64,000 nt of DNA from an uncultured candidate division Zixibacteria bacterium (lineage in GTDB: Bacteria > Zixibacteria > MSB-5A5 > RBG-16-43-9). The position numbers were made by a program, and so were the translations under genes. Positions 45,168-54,933 of the stretch are shown here, piece after piece. The number at the start of each line of letters is the position of its first letter. Positions within the stretch are counted from its first letter, which is position 1. Location: NCBI GenBank assembly GCA_963713865.1, contig OY970208.1, forward strand, positions 2,144,001 through 2,208,000, given 5' to 3'. Under the pieces are notes generated by a model that ran no database searches, had not been told where the DNA came from, and was given only the letters and a program-made list of their open reading frames with translations.

Positions 45168-45185
45168 TTGTGAATTTTTTCACTA
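45168..45185. promoter_or_regulatory. Rex-like operator upstream of gltA
   Basis: TTGTGAA-TTTT-TTCACTA, one mismatch to TTGTGAA-N4-TTCACAA. Confidence 0.55.
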
Positions 45186-45214
45186 TAATATAAATATAAA
45201 AAATATACCGTCAA

Positions 45215-45619
45215 CTATTTTCTACCAAAAAAGAAATCTATCTCTATCTTTGCATTTTCATTGGAATCTGAAGCATGTACCGAGTTATGGCAGATATCCA
45301 GTCCAAAATCAGCTCTTACTGTTCCTTTCTCTGCTTTTTTAGGGTCTGTAGCACCAATAAGTTTTCTAAGTTTTTCTACCGCCTTTTCTCTTTTCAGCCA
45401 GGTTACCACTATCTTACCGGAGGAGATATAATCAACTAATTCCTGGTAAAACGGTTTACCTTTGTGTACCTGATAGAATCTACCACCTTCTTCCGGAGAG
45501 ACTTTAAGCATTTTGAGCCCTTCGATCCTGAAGCCATCAGCCTCCACCCTTTTTAATATCTCACCAATTATATCTCTGTTAACAGCATCCGGTTTAATAA
45601 TTAAAAGCGTCTGTTCCAA
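45215..45619 (-). CDS. ndk: Nucleoside-diphosphate kinase
   Basis: IIKPDA, GATDP and NSVHASDS; TTG start after GAGGAGG. Confidence 0.94.
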   Translation of the reverse strand: MEQTLLIIKPDAVNRDIIGEILKRVEADGFRIEGLKMLKVSPEEGGRFYQVHKGKPFYQELVDYISSGKIVVTWLKREKAVEKLRKLIGATDPKKAEKGTVRADFGLDICHNSVHASDSNENAKIEIDFFFGRK

Positions 45620-45756
45620 AACTCCTCCTCTCAGTCTTGTAATTCGATTTTCTGTTTCTGTCAGGTCCACTGACCTGATAGATAAAATTTCTAAGATTAT
45701 AACTTGCCAGGTCAGGGGACCTGGCAATCACGGCCATCTGCTTTGAGCAGAACCTG

Positions 45757-46344
45757 CTACTTTGGCTTTTTCCTTTTTCTTTTTTGTTTATTCGCCAGCT
45801 CAAATCCCAACTCTACTGCTTTCAGGTTCAAATCCAGCATCGCCTTGGGAGATTTACTTTTAACTGCCTCGATAAACGATTCTTTCGAGACTATTTTGGT
45901 CAAGGAGACAATGACTCCCAGGGCTATTATATTGGCAACCACCGGAGTACCTAAGTTCTCCTTGGCAGTTTTAGTTAAAGGGAGGCTGATTATCTCTCTG
46001 GCTGGTGGCTGATCCACCAAACCTGAGTCAACTATTAATATACCTTCATCCTTCAGGTTAAGATAATAGGTATCGCAGGCTTCCTGGGTTAAAGCTAAAA
46101 GCAAATCCAATTTTAAAGCTTTGGGGTAATAGATCTCTCCTGAGCTGAAAACTATATCCGAGCGGCTAGCACCACCCCGTGCTTCAGGTCCGTAACTCTG
46201 GGTCTGGGCAACGTTTTTATCCTCATATATTCCTAAAGCCTCAGCTAAGATTGTTCCGGCAAAAACCAACCCCTGGCCACCGGAGCCGGACAGCCTTATA
46301 TCGTATCTATCCTCATAATCAACATCCATCTTCCTGACTTTCAT
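45757..46344 (-). CDS. korC: 2-oxoglutarate/2-oxoacid:ferredoxin oxidoreductase gamma subunit
   Basis: SGSGGQG and QSYGPEARGGAS motifs. Confidence 0.88.
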   Translation of the reverse strand: MKVRKMDVDYEDRYDIRLSGSGGQGLVFAGTILAEALGIYEDKNVAQTQSYGPEARGGASRSDIVFSSGEIYYPKALKLDLLLALTQEACDTYYLNLKDEGILIVDSGLVDQPPAREIISLPLTKTAKENLGTPVVANIIALGVIVSLTKIVSKESFIEAVKSKSPKAMLDLNLKAVELGFELANKQKRKRKKPK

Positions 46345-46354
46345 ATCAAATCCT

Positions 46355-47197
46355 TTACTTGGAAGCTTCTGGCTGAGACTGGAATTGAGCAATCACCTTA
46401 TCATACTCCTCGCAATATTCCGGGAAATCCACATCCCAGAGCACGCCTATCAAAAATTTATCTTTGAGTTTATCTGGTGGAAGTTTGGCAGCCGCTTGAA
46501 TCGGGATGGCATGCTCTTTCTGCCATTCCATCATCTTGACTGCGGTCCCTTCCTTGTTAAGCCTTCCGTAAAAAGTATGGCAGTGGCTGATAACCTCAAC
46601 CAGGGAAAAACCCTTTTTCACAATCGCCTGCTGAATTAGTTTCTCCAGTAAAGTCACATGATAGACCGTTCCGCGGGCAACAAAAGTCGCTCCAGCAGAT
46701 TTAGCCAAACTACAGATATCAAAATCCCTCTCACGATTTCCATAAGGAGCAGTTGTCCCTATCTTCATAAAAGGGGTAGTGGGCGAATATTGACCACCGG
46801 TCATCCCGTAAATACTGTTATTTATCAGAATAGTAGTGATATCTATATTCCTTCTGCAGGTATGGATAAAATGGTTACCGCCGATAGCCAAACCGTCCCC
46901 ATCTCCGGTTATGACCATTACCTTAAGCTTCGGGTTAGCTAATTTCACCCCGGTAGCAAACGCTAAAGCCCGGCCGTGAGTAGTATGCAGGGTATTGAAA
47001 TCCACATAAACCGGCATCCGGCTGGAACAGCCGATCCCTGAGACCATAGCCACATCATCCCGGTTTAATTTCAAACTATCTATCGCCCGGATAATTGCCC
47101 CTAAGGCTATACCTATACCACATCCAGCACACCAGACATTGGGAAACTTCTTTTTTGTGCGTAAATAATGATGAGTAACTTTAGGCATAGTTTCCAT
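46355..47197 (-). CDS. korB: 2-oxoglutarate/2-oxoacid:ferredoxin oxidoreductase beta subunit
   Basis: WCAGCG, SGIGCS, GDGD and YGMTGGQ.SPTT motifs. Confidence 0.9.
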   Translation of the reverse strand: METMPKVTHHYLRTKKKFPNVWCAGCGIGIALGAIIRAIDSLKLNRDDVAMVSGIGCSSRMPVYVDFNTLHTTHGRALAFATGVKLANPKLKVMVITGDGDGLAIGGNHFIHTCRRNIDITTILINNSIYGMTGGQYSPTTPFMKIGTTAPYGNRERDFDICSLAKSAGATFVARGTVYHVTLLEKLIQQAIVKKGFSLVEVISHCHTFYGRLNKEGTAVKMMEWQKEHAIPIQAAAKLPPDKLKDKFLIGVLWDVDFPEYCEEYDKVIAQFQSQPEASK

Positions 47198-47199
47198 AT

Positions 47200-48339
47200 C
47201 TATCTAACCTCCCTGATCTTGGCAAAGATCTGTTCCGGGGTTAAGATATCACCATCAAATCTGTTCAGACCATAGATTTTGGCTTTTCCACAATTGGTCC
47301 GCATAACTTCTCCTATTAACTGCCCCTGGTTCAGCTCTGCCACGATTATTATCTCTAACTGTTCTGACATCTGTTCCATATAGATATCCGGGAATGGCCA
47401 GATCGTCAAAGGCTGGATTAAGCCTACTCTGATTCTTTTATGCTGAGCCATCCTGATTGCTTGTCGGGCTGCCCGGGCAACGATCCCGTAAGCGAAAACC
47501 GCAATGGTAGCCTCTTCCATAAATTCTTCTTCCACCTGCACTATGTCGTTCACGTTATGCATTATCTTTTTCTCTAATTTATCCAGCTTAGCCTGTATCT
47601 CTTCTGAACGAGAGGTGGGAAACCCGAGCGGGTCATGGGTTAACCCGGTTACATTATACCGGTAACCTTCGCCAAAGCTTGCCATAGGCGAGACGAAATG
47701 AGGATTTATCTCAAAATGCTGATACCATTCGGGTGGAACCGTTGGCTTCATCCGGTTAAAAACTTTGATCCCTGCTGGATCTGGTAGAATTATCTTCTCC
47801 CGCATATGTCCTAAAACCTCATCCATAAGGAGAATCACCGGAGTCCTGTATTTCTCCGACAGATTAAAAGCCCTGACCGTCAGCTCAAAACATTGCCTGA
47901 CAGAAGAAGGAGCTAAAGCAATAGAATGATAATCCCCGTGAGTGCCCCATCTTGCCTGCATCGTATCAGACTGTGAGACTTTAGTAGGAAGTCCGGTAGA
48001 GGGACCTCCCCTCTGTACATCCACTATCACGCAGGGAACCTCAGCCATATAGGCATAGCCAAGATTTTCCTGCATCAAGGAAAATCCTGGACCGGATGTT
48101 GCGGTCATTGCTTTTGCCCCGGCAATAGAAGCTCCTATAACTGCGGCTATGCTGGCTATCTCATCCTCCATCTGGATGAACTTGCCACCCCGGCGGGGGA
48201 GATTCCTGGCCAAATACTCAGCGATCTCTGTGGAAGGGGTAATCGGATAGCCGCCAAAGAAATTAACTCCTGCAGCTAAAGCTCCTAATGCACAGGCTTC
48301 ATTCCCCTGGATAAGCTGTGCCTTCTGATTTTGATTCAT
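47200..48339 (-). CDS. korA: 2-oxoglutarate/2-oxoacid:ferredoxin oxidoreductase alpha subunit
   Basis: YPITPSTE, QMEDE, TSGPGFSLMQE and QRGGPSTG motifs. Confidence 0.9.
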   Translation of the reverse strand: MNQNQKAQLIQGNEACALGALAAGVNFFGGYPITPSTEIAEYLARNLPRRGGKFIQMEDEIASIAAVIGASIAGAKAMTATSGPGFSLMQENLGYAYMAEVPCVIVDVQRGGPSTGLPTKVSQSDTMQARWGTHGDYHSIALAPSSVRQCFELTVRAFNLSEKYRTPVILLMDEVLGHMREKIILPDPAGIKVFNRMKPTVPPEWYQHFEINPHFVSPMASFGEGYRYNVTGLTHDPLGFPTSRSEEIQAKLDKLEKKIMHNVNDIVQVEEEFMEEATIAVFAYGIVARAARQAIRMAQHKRIRVGLIQPLTIWPFPDIYMEQMSEQLEIIIVAELNQGQLIGEVMRTNCGKAKIYGLNRFDGDILTPEQIFAKIREVR

Positions 48340-48360
48340 CTTCTTTAATCCTTATAATCT

Positions 48361-48639
48361 CTAAGATTTTCCTTCCTTAAGCTCTTTGGGCTTAACGGTT
48401 ATAGCGAAATCCGGACATCTCAACTCGCACATTCTGCATTGAGTGCATTTTTCCGGGATCAATACTGGAAGCCCATCCTTGTTAGCTACCAGAGCTCCTG
48501 TGGGGCAAAAAGATATACAGATATTGCATCTTTTACACCAGGCTGCGAAGACGTGGACTTTTTCTTCTTTTTCTTCCTCTTTTGTAATCCTGGTTATTTC
48601 TGGTTTCTTTATGTTTTCTTTTTTTGTATTTTCAGTCAA
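48361..48639 (-). CDS. korD: 2-oxoacid:ferredoxin oxidoreductase delta subunit (2x4Fe-4S)
   Basis: WCKRCNIC..FCP and KCTQCRMCELRCPDFAI; TTG start after AAGGAGG preferred over 48672. Confidence 0.82.
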   Translation of the reverse strand: MTENTKKENIKKPEITRITKEEEKEEKVHVFAAWCKRCNICISFCPTGALVANKDGLPVLIPEKCTQCRMCELRCPDFAITVKPKELKEGKS

Positions 48640-48685
48640 ATTCTCTTCTTCCTCCTTATCCTGAATACGCAAGCTGGAAAAAAAT

Positions 48686-48730
48686 CTTGACTTTTTCAGG
48701 TATATATGCTAAACTTAGTAAAAAGTCAAG
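48686..48730. promoter_or_regulatory. Overlapping bidirectional sigma70-type promoters (kor operon / hdrCB)
   Basis: Plus strand TTGACT-17-TAAACT with extended TG; minus strand TTGACT-17-TATATA; the two -35 boxes lie in an 11-bp inverted repeat. Confidence 0.5.
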
Positions 48731-48739
48731 GTGATTCTG

Positions 48740-49198
48740 ATGAAATCCGTCAACTTCAAATTCAGACATAAACTCAATACTATTATCGGTGGAGATGCTC
48801 ATAACTTTTGTTATCAATGCGGCGCCTGCGTGGGAGATTGCCCTGCCGCTCTATACTCACCAGCTTTTAATCCCAGAAATATCCTGCTTATGGCTCTTTT
48901 AGGGGATGAGGAATCTTTAGTTGGACCTGATTCAATAATCTGGGACTGTACCAACTGTAATACCTGCTATGAACGGTGTCCGCAGGCTGTAAGACCGGTA
49001 GAAGTCATAATCGCTTTGAAAAACATCTGTTTTGAAAGAGGAACCAACCCTCCGGAGGTTAAATCTATTCTGGACAGTGTTAAAGAAAGCGGCAGAACCG
49101 TAAAAGAAAGCTCTCTTTCTGAGAGAAGAAGAAAAGAGTTGGGTTTAAAAGAAATAACTATAGTACCATTGGAGGAGCTGAAGAAGTTATTGGAATGA
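48740..49198 (+). CDS. hdrC: Heterodisulfide reductase subunit C-like (2x4Fe-4S)
   Basis: CYQCGACVGDCP and IWDCTNCNTCYERCPQ motifs. Confidence 0.88.
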   Translation: MKSVNFKFRHKLNTIIGGDAHNFCYQCGACVGDCPAALYSPAFNPRNILLMALLGDEESLVGPDSIIWDCTNCNTCYERCPQAVRPVEVIIALKNICFERGTNPPEVKSILDSVKESGRTVKESSLSERRRKELGLKEITIVPLEELKKLLE

Positions 49199-49269
49199 TG
49201 GATTAGCCTGTAGCAAGTAGCTTGTAGCTTTTTAACGGTCACGAGCAACGGTCAACGAGGAACGTTTTT

Positions 49270-50136
49270 ATGAAGTATGCTCCTTTTTTCGGTTGTATGA
49301 TCTCCGTCAAATACCCCCAGATGGAAGCCTCTGTTCGAAAGACTATGGCAAATTTAGGGATTGAGCTGGTAGATCTGGAAGGTTTCTCCTGCTGTCCTGA
49401 TCCCATATATTTCAAAGCTACGGACAAGCTTATCTGGATGACCTTAGCCGCCAGGAATATAACCATAGCTGAGGAAGCCGGACTTGATCTGGTAACAATG
49501 TGCTCAGGTTGTACTGCTACTTTATCTGAGGTGAATTTTCATCTTAAACACGACCCAGAGCTGAAGGAAAAAGTAAACCAGAAACTAAAGAAAATAGGAA
49601 AAGAATATAAGGGAACGATCTCAGTCCGGCATATAGTAACGGTTTTAAGGGATGACTTAGGAATCAGCAAAGTAAAATCCTCAGTTAAAAAGCCATTGAA
49701 TTTAAAAGTAGCTATCCATTACGGCTGTCACCTTTTAAAACCGAGTGAGATAATGAGAGTGGATGACCCGGACCATCCCACTATCCTGGAAAACCTATTT
49801 GAAGCCACCGGAGCAGAGACCATAAAACATGAAAAACAGGTCCTATGCTGTGGCAAAGCCTGTACGCACGAGGAAATCCCGGAGAAGATGACCTTAGACG
49901 TTTTAAGCTCAATCAAAAAATCCGGGGCTGACTGCATGGGATTGATCTGCCCCACCTGTTTTGACGAGTTCGATTTAGGACAGATAAAACTTTCAAGAAA
50001 ATTCTCAGTCGATTTAAATGTTCCCATAATCTATTACTTCCAGTTCTTAGGACTCTCCCAGGGGCTTTCGCCTGAAGATGTAGGCTTACATCTGCACAAG
50101 ACCAGAGTAGATGAGATGTTAAAAAAAATAACTTAA
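49270..50136 (+). CDS. hdrB: Heterodisulfide reductase subunit B-like (two CCG domains)
   Basis: FGC..., FSCCP, CSGC; HYGCHLLKP, CCG, CPTC..FD.GQ. Confidence 0.9.
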   Translation: MKYAPFFGCMISVKYPQMEASVRKTMANLGIELVDLEGFSCCPDPIYFKATDKLIWMTLAARNITIAEEAGLDLVTMCSGCTATLSEVNFHLKHDPELKEKVNQKLKKIGKEYKGTISVRHIVTVLRDDLGISKVKSSVKKPLNLKVAIHYGCHLLKPSEIMRVDDPDHPTILENLFEATGAETIKHEKQVLCCGKACTHEEIPEKMTLDVLSSIKKSGADCMGLICPTCFDEFDLGQIKLSRKFSVDLNVPIIYYFQFLGLSQGLSPEDVGLHLHKTRVDEMLKKIT

Positions 50137-50320
50137 ACTCTGTAGAGACGCATCGAATGCGTCTTTTTTTATTTATATATTTCACGCTGGTTGTCCAATG
50201 GACGTCTACAACTTTGTTGGTGAAAACACTAACAAAGAGCAAAAGTTTTTTGTAGGGACGCATTGCAATCCGAATGGATCCATTCTGGATACGCCCCTAC
50301 GGTATCAAAAGAAGTGACCT

Positions 50321-51082
50321 ATGCTTGAGATAAAAACCATCTCTTCAGAAAACGTTACAGATCTTTATAACCTCTGTACTCCTCCCAAGGAGGATTATCA
50401 AAAAGCCTCAAAGGAATCAGCAGATTTCTTCTTAGAAAAACAAAAAGTTGGCTGGCAGGGATTAGTTCTGTATGACGGTCAAAACCCTGTAGGTCGGGCT
50501 GAATTCCATCCTTTAGAAGAATCCTTTAATGCCATCAGCGGAGATAATCTCTATTTTATTCCTTGCTTCTGGATAAAACCTGAATATGAGAAAAAAGGAT
50601 GTGGCAAAAGATTGATGGAGGAAGTATTAAAAATGACCCTTAACCGAAAAGGTGTAGCAACCGTTACCGCATCTGGCTGGATGCCCCAGGAATTTTTCTT
50701 AAAATTTGGTTTTGAAAAAATTCAGGAAAAGGGAACAGTTCAGCTTTTATTAAGAAAATTTCAGAGAGATGCTTCCTGTTACTGGTTCGGGCCATCCTTT
50801 ACACCGCAAAATCAAAAAGGGCGGATAAATGTCGATGTAATCTATAACCTGAGCTGTCCTTATATCGTAGCTAACTGGCGCAATTTAATAAGAAAAGCCA
50901 AAGAAATAACCGATAAACTCGAACTTAATATCTATCAGCAAAAAGATAGAAAAGATTTGGAAAGATATGGGGAGGCAAATATTTATATAGATGGAGAAGC
51001 ACCCTTTTACGGACCGGCAAGTGAAGAGGAGATCGAAAAGATAATCAAAGAGCACCTGAAGAGAAAAGGACTTCAGAAATAG
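50321..51082 (+). CDS. GNAT family N-acetyltransferase (YoaP-like)
   Basis: CFWI...KKGCGKRLM, FF.KFGF, C-terminal CPY segment. Confidence 0.72.
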   Translation: MLEIKTISSENVTDLYNLCTPPKEDYQKASKESADFFLEKQKVGWQGLVLYDGQNPVGRAEFHPLEESFNAISGDNLYFIPCFWIKPEYEKKGCGKRLMEEVLKMTLNRKGVATVTASGWMPQEFFLKFGFEKIQEKGTVQLLLRKFQRDASCYWFGPSFTPQNQKGRINVDVIYNLSCPYIVANWRNLIRKAKEITDKLELNIYQQKDRKDLERYGEANIYIDGEAPFYGPASEEEIEKIIKEHLKRKGLQK

Positions 51083-51146
51083 TTTTTGTAGGGGAGGGGT
51101 TCATCCCTTCCCGCTTTATATTCAGATTAGAATTCGGATAAAACGG

Positions 51147-51662
51147 ATGAATAAAAAAACAAAAATGGTTCTGATCGGAAATCAACTTATCGGCTTGGTC
51201 GGTTTGGATGAAATATTTGAGGAGCTTCTTAAAAAAGACCAGAAACCAAACGAGTCCATTCAAAATAAATTGCTCTCTTTAGCTCGAAAAGATAATTATA
51301 TCCCTTCAAAGCAAGAGAAAATTTATTCAGAAGCACTGCTCAGAGAGTATTCTATTTTTTATCAGAAAAAAATAGGTGGCTCTAAAGACGAAACCTCAGT
51401 TTATTGTGAAACCTGGCAGGGAATCCCCAGGGAAACCATCCCCTGGTATCCAACCGTATATGAAGAAAAATGTGATGGTTGTGAAAAATGTTATGATCTG
51501 TGCCCTCAGAAAGTCTATTTCTGGGAGGAGAAGATAAATAAGCCCAAGGTGATTAATCCATTCGCCTGTATAGTTGGCTGTTCTGCCTGTGCTGAGATCT
51601 GCAAACTGAAAGCCATCAGCTTCCCGCCCATAAGTATTCTGGATAACCTAAAATCCCATTGA
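51147..51662 (+). CDS. Ferredoxin-domain protein (C-terminal 2x4Fe-4S)
   Basis: IPWYPTV..KCDGCEKCYDLCP and CIVGCSACAEIC. Confidence 0.8.
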   Translation: MNKKTKMVLIGNQLIGLVGLDEIFEELLKKDQKPNESIQNKLLSLARKDNYIPSKQEKIYSEALLREYSIFYQKKIGGSKDETSVYCETWQGIPRETIPWYPTVYEEKCDGCEKCYDLCPQKVYFWEEKINKPKVINPFACIVGCSACAEICKLKAISFPPISILDNLKSH

Positions 51663-51917
51663 ACCATAACGTCCGACCATCGTGTCGGACGTTTAAGTTC
51701 GTAGAGCAAGGCTTTTAACCTTGCTTTTTAATTACTCTGGGTTCGATAAATCGAACCCCTACCTTCGAATTTGTAGTTGCTTGATTAATCAGGCAAACGG
51801 GAGGGGACAAGCCCCTCCCCTACGAAAGATTCTTAGACCCTTTCAGGGGTGCATAGTATAGTGATGTATTGCCATATACCCTTATAAATATTTCGTATAA
51901 ATTTTAGGTAGGTAATT

Positions 51918-52574
51918 GTGAAAAAGAGAGTGTTACTATTTTCGATAATATTTTTATTTTTCATATCTGGATGTGAAGAGGAACAGCCAATAAAGGGACA
52001 GAAAGAGCTTGAGATCAAATATTACGATGGTAAAAAATTATCTATAATAAAAGACTTCCGGGAAAATTCCATCAAAGGACCTCAGCATATCGATAAAGAA
52101 AAATGCCGGCTTGAAATCACCGGCTTGGTCATCAATCCGAAAACCTACACTTATGACGAGGTAATAAACAACCACAAATCATACAAACAGCTGGTTGAAC
52201 TTAATTGCGTGGAGGGATGGAGTGTAAATATACTCTGGGAGGGGGTTCTGGTAAAGGATTTATTAACCGAAGCTCAGATATTACCCAGAGCAAAGGTGGT
52301 CATATTCCATTCTTATGAGGGATATTCAACCTCTTTCCCCATTGATTATATTATGAATAACGACATAATTATGGCATACAAAATGAACAATGTTACCATA
52401 CCAGCAGAAAGAGGTTTCCCTTTTCAACTTGTGGCACAGGGTAAGTGGGGATATAAGTGGATAAAATGGATAACCAGAATCGAGCTGTCTGAGGATATAA
52501 ATTATCGTGGTTACTGGGAACAAAAGGGATATTCTAATGATGGGAATTTGAATGAAGATTTTTTGGGGAAATAA
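51918..52574 (+). CDS. Sulfite-oxidase-family molybdopterin-binding oxidoreductase, probable lipoprotein
   Basis: NCVEGW, WEGV, RGFP, GYKWIKWI and GYWE..GY motifs; lipobox ISGC. Confidence 0.85.
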   Translation: MKKRVLLFSIIFLFFISGCEEEQPIKGQKELEIKYYDGKKLSIIKDFRENSIKGPQHIDKEKCRLEITGLVINPKTYTYDEVINNHKSYKQLVELNCVEGWSVNILWEGVLVKDLLTEAQILPRAKVVIFHSYEGYSTSFPIDYIMNNDIIMAYKMNNVTIPAERGFPFQLVAQGKWGYKWIKWITRIELSEDINYRGYWEQKGYSNDGNLNEDFLGK

Positions 52575-52713
52575 ATCTTCAAGTGTTTCTCAACGAAACT
52601 ATATAATAGAGAATATGGGCAGACACATGGGTCTGCCCCTTCAACCTATGGTCACGTCTTTTTATCCGTCATTCGTCATTTGATATTCGATATTCGTAAT
52701 TTATCTTTTTATT

Positions 52714-53514
52714 TTATCTGATCAGCCTTCTCTTCATCAGGTTTATGGACAAAATGAAGAAAAAAGGAGTGGCAACCACTATCCAGAAAAGGTTAAATAA
52801 AAGGTTCGTGGTAAATCTTCCAATAGTTAATGCCCTGGTGAGTACCACAACGTGATATAAAGGTAAAAATAGCTTGGAGACAATCTGCACCGCTTCAGGC
52901 AGGTTATGGGTGGAGAAAAATGTTCCGCTTAAAATGAACATCGGGGTGATGAATAAAAAAGAGGGATAGTTGAACGAATCTATGTTAGGGGTGATGGCGG
53001 TGAAACACATTGCCATTGCCGAGAATAAAAGCCCGACTAAAAATGCCAAAGGTGGAATGAGTAAGAACAACGGACTTGAGACCAGTCCAAAGGCAAATAC
53101 TACGCCTAAGACTATGGTGGAGTTTATCAGGCTCTTGGTAGCACCCCATAAGAGTTCACCAGCAATGACTTCTTCCAGGCTTACTGGGGTAGCGATTATT
53201 GCTCCAAAGGTTTTCTGGTAGTACATCCTGACGAAGGAGGCATAAGTGCATTCGAAAAAGGAAGAGAACATCATCGAAATTGCCACCAGGGCTGGAGCGA
53301 TAAACGCAATATAAGGCAGACCCTCTTGAGGTTGAACAAAACCTCCCAATCCGAAACCCAACCCCACTAAATAGAAAATGGGTTCAAGCAAAGGCGGGAA
53401 AAAATTGACTCTGTAAGTCTTCATAAAGACTTCGAGGTTTCTCCTCCATACCCTCCAGATACGATAACTCAGCTCCGGGACATGGAAATATGAAGCTACA
53501 TCCTTTGTTCTCAT
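52714..53514 (-). CDS. ABC-2 type permease (NodJ-like)
   Basis: About 6 TM segments, TPM..LSGTFF; coupled to the ATPase gene. Confidence 0.88.
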   Translation of the reverse strand: MRTKDVASYFHVPELSYRIWRVWRRNLEVFMKTYRVNFFPPLLEPIFYLVGLGFGLGGFVQPQEGLPYIAFIAPALVAISMMFSSFFECTYASFVRMYYQKTFGAIIATPVSLEEVIAGELLWGATKSLINSTIVLGVVFAFGLVSSPLFLLIPPLAFLVGLLFSAMAMCFTAITPNIDSFNYPSFLFITPMFILSGTFFSTHNLPEAVQIVSKLFLPLYHVVVLTRALTIGRFTTNLLFNLFWIVVATPFFFILSINLMKRRLIR

Positions 53515-54431
53515 TCTTTTAACCGCCTGCCGGTTAATTTCAGAAACACATCTTCCAGGTTGGCATCTCTGATCATCGCTGACCTGAAGCTGTATTTATT
53601 CAGGATTTCGGTGAAAACGCCCCTGGTATGATTGGTGAAAACCTGGATCCTGTCTCCTAAAATCTCAAGTTTTGCCTCAGGAAACGTATCCTTGAGGAAT
53701 TTCAGGACATCCTCGTCACAGGCTACTTCCAATACCTCTTCTCCCGCATGTTTTTTAACTAAATCCAAAGGTCTGCCTTCCTCGATAATTTTCCCATAAT
53801 CCATAATAACAGTTCGCTCGCAGAGCTGGGCTGCTTCCTCCATATAATGGGTAGTCAGAACTATGGTGACCCCTTGTTTCTGTAAACTTCTGATTTTGTC
53901 CCAGATCAGATGCCGGGCTTGAGGGTCTAAGCCGGTGGTTGGTTCATCTAAGATAAGAATCTGCGGCTCGTTTATTAAGGATCTGGCAAGAATAAGCCTT
54001 CTTTTCATCCCTGCGGATAACTGGTCGATTATGACATCCCGTTTATCCCCTAACTGGACGAATTTCAGAAGTTCCTCTGCTCTTTTTTGAGCTTTTACTT
54101 GAGGTATGTCAAAATAGCGGGCATAGACTATGAGATTATGCAAAACCGTGAAATCCGGGTCAAGGTTATCCTCCTGCGAAGCAACGCCGATCATCTTTTT
54201 AATCTCTCTTCCCTCTCTGGTTACGTCCATACCTGAAACCGAAAGACTGCCTGAGGTTAAGGGCAACACACACTGGACCATTTGCATGGTTGTGGTCTTC
54301 CCAGCCCCATTAGGACCAAGAAAACCAAAACACTCACCTTTATATACCTGGAAGCTGATTTGGTCCACCGCTGTAAAATCTCCAAATTTTTTGGTAAGAC
54401 CCTCTGCTTTAATGAGAACTTCTGATTTCAT
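53511..54431 (-). CDS. ABC transporter ATP-binding protein (NodI-like)
   Basis: GPNGAGKTT, LSAGM and LDEPTTGLDPQARH motifs. Confidence 0.92.
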   Translation of the reverse strand: MKSEVLIKAEGLTKKFGDFTAVDQISFQVYKGECFGFLGPNGAGKTTTMQMVQCVLPLTSGSLSVSGMDVTREGREIKKMIGVASQEDNLDPDFTVLHNLIVYARYFDIPQVKAQKRAEELLKFVQLGDKRDVIIDQLSAGMKRRLILARSLINEPQILILDEPTTGLDPQARHLIWDKIRSLQKQGVTIVLTTHYMEEAAQLCERTVIMDYGKIIEEGRPLDLVKKHAGEEVLEVACDEDVLKFLKDTFPEAKLEILGDRIQVFTNHTRGVFTEILNKYSFRSAMIRDANLEDVFLKLTGRRLKE

Positions 54432-54668
54432 AATTTGCCTTCCTCACACCCACCAATTTATTCAGTATGAAGTGCATGCAATTTATGCTGTGGAATAAGT
54501 ATAGTCAAGATTTTTTAGGGACATGTTGCAGCCTACCCCTACCTTAAAACCGTAACGTCCGACCATCGCATCGGACGAATAAAAAAAATTTAACTCGTAG
54601 TGCGACCCTTTCAGGGTTGCATAGCAATGTAGGAGCGTATTGCGATGTGCCCCTACCATAAATAAAAT

Positions 54669-54815
54669 TTATTTCTTTTCTTCCTCTTTAATCCTTCTCA
54701 CCGAGTTCGACTGGCACTTGGGGCAGGCGCGTTCCACTAAAGGACCCTTCGGGTCAAAGGGCATTTTGAACTCATGCCCGCAGCGTAAGCATTTGAATTT
54801 GGCTTCTTCTGGCAT
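54669..54815 (-). CDS. Small zinc-ribbon / rubredoxin-like protein (48 aa)
   Basis: MPEEAKFKCLRCGHEFKMPFDPKGPLVERACPKCQSNSVRRIKEEEKK; two CxxC pairs; shorter than any ORF in the track. Confidence 0.72.
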   Translation of the reverse strand: MPEEAKFKCLRCGHEFKMPFDPKGPLVERACPKCQSNSVRRIKEEEKK

Positions 54816-54845
54816 AGTAAAAACAGTTTAAAAGTTTATTAATAC

Positions 54846-54933
54846 TGTCATTGCGAGCGACTGCAAGGAGCAAAGCAATCTTTTTACTATGAAGGGATTG
54901 CTTCGTCGGTCAAATGACCTCCTCACAAAGACA
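54846..54933. repeat. TGTCATT-family palindromic element
   Basis: TGTCATTGCGAG..AAGCAATC..GATTGCTT..CTCACAAAGACA. Confidence 0.8.

Noticed and set aside
51660-51860. CRISPR array in hairpin-rich spacers (also 17878-18115, 54517-54657)
   Set aside because: No identical direct repeats with regular unique spacers and no cas genes; these are mixed REP-like hairpins.
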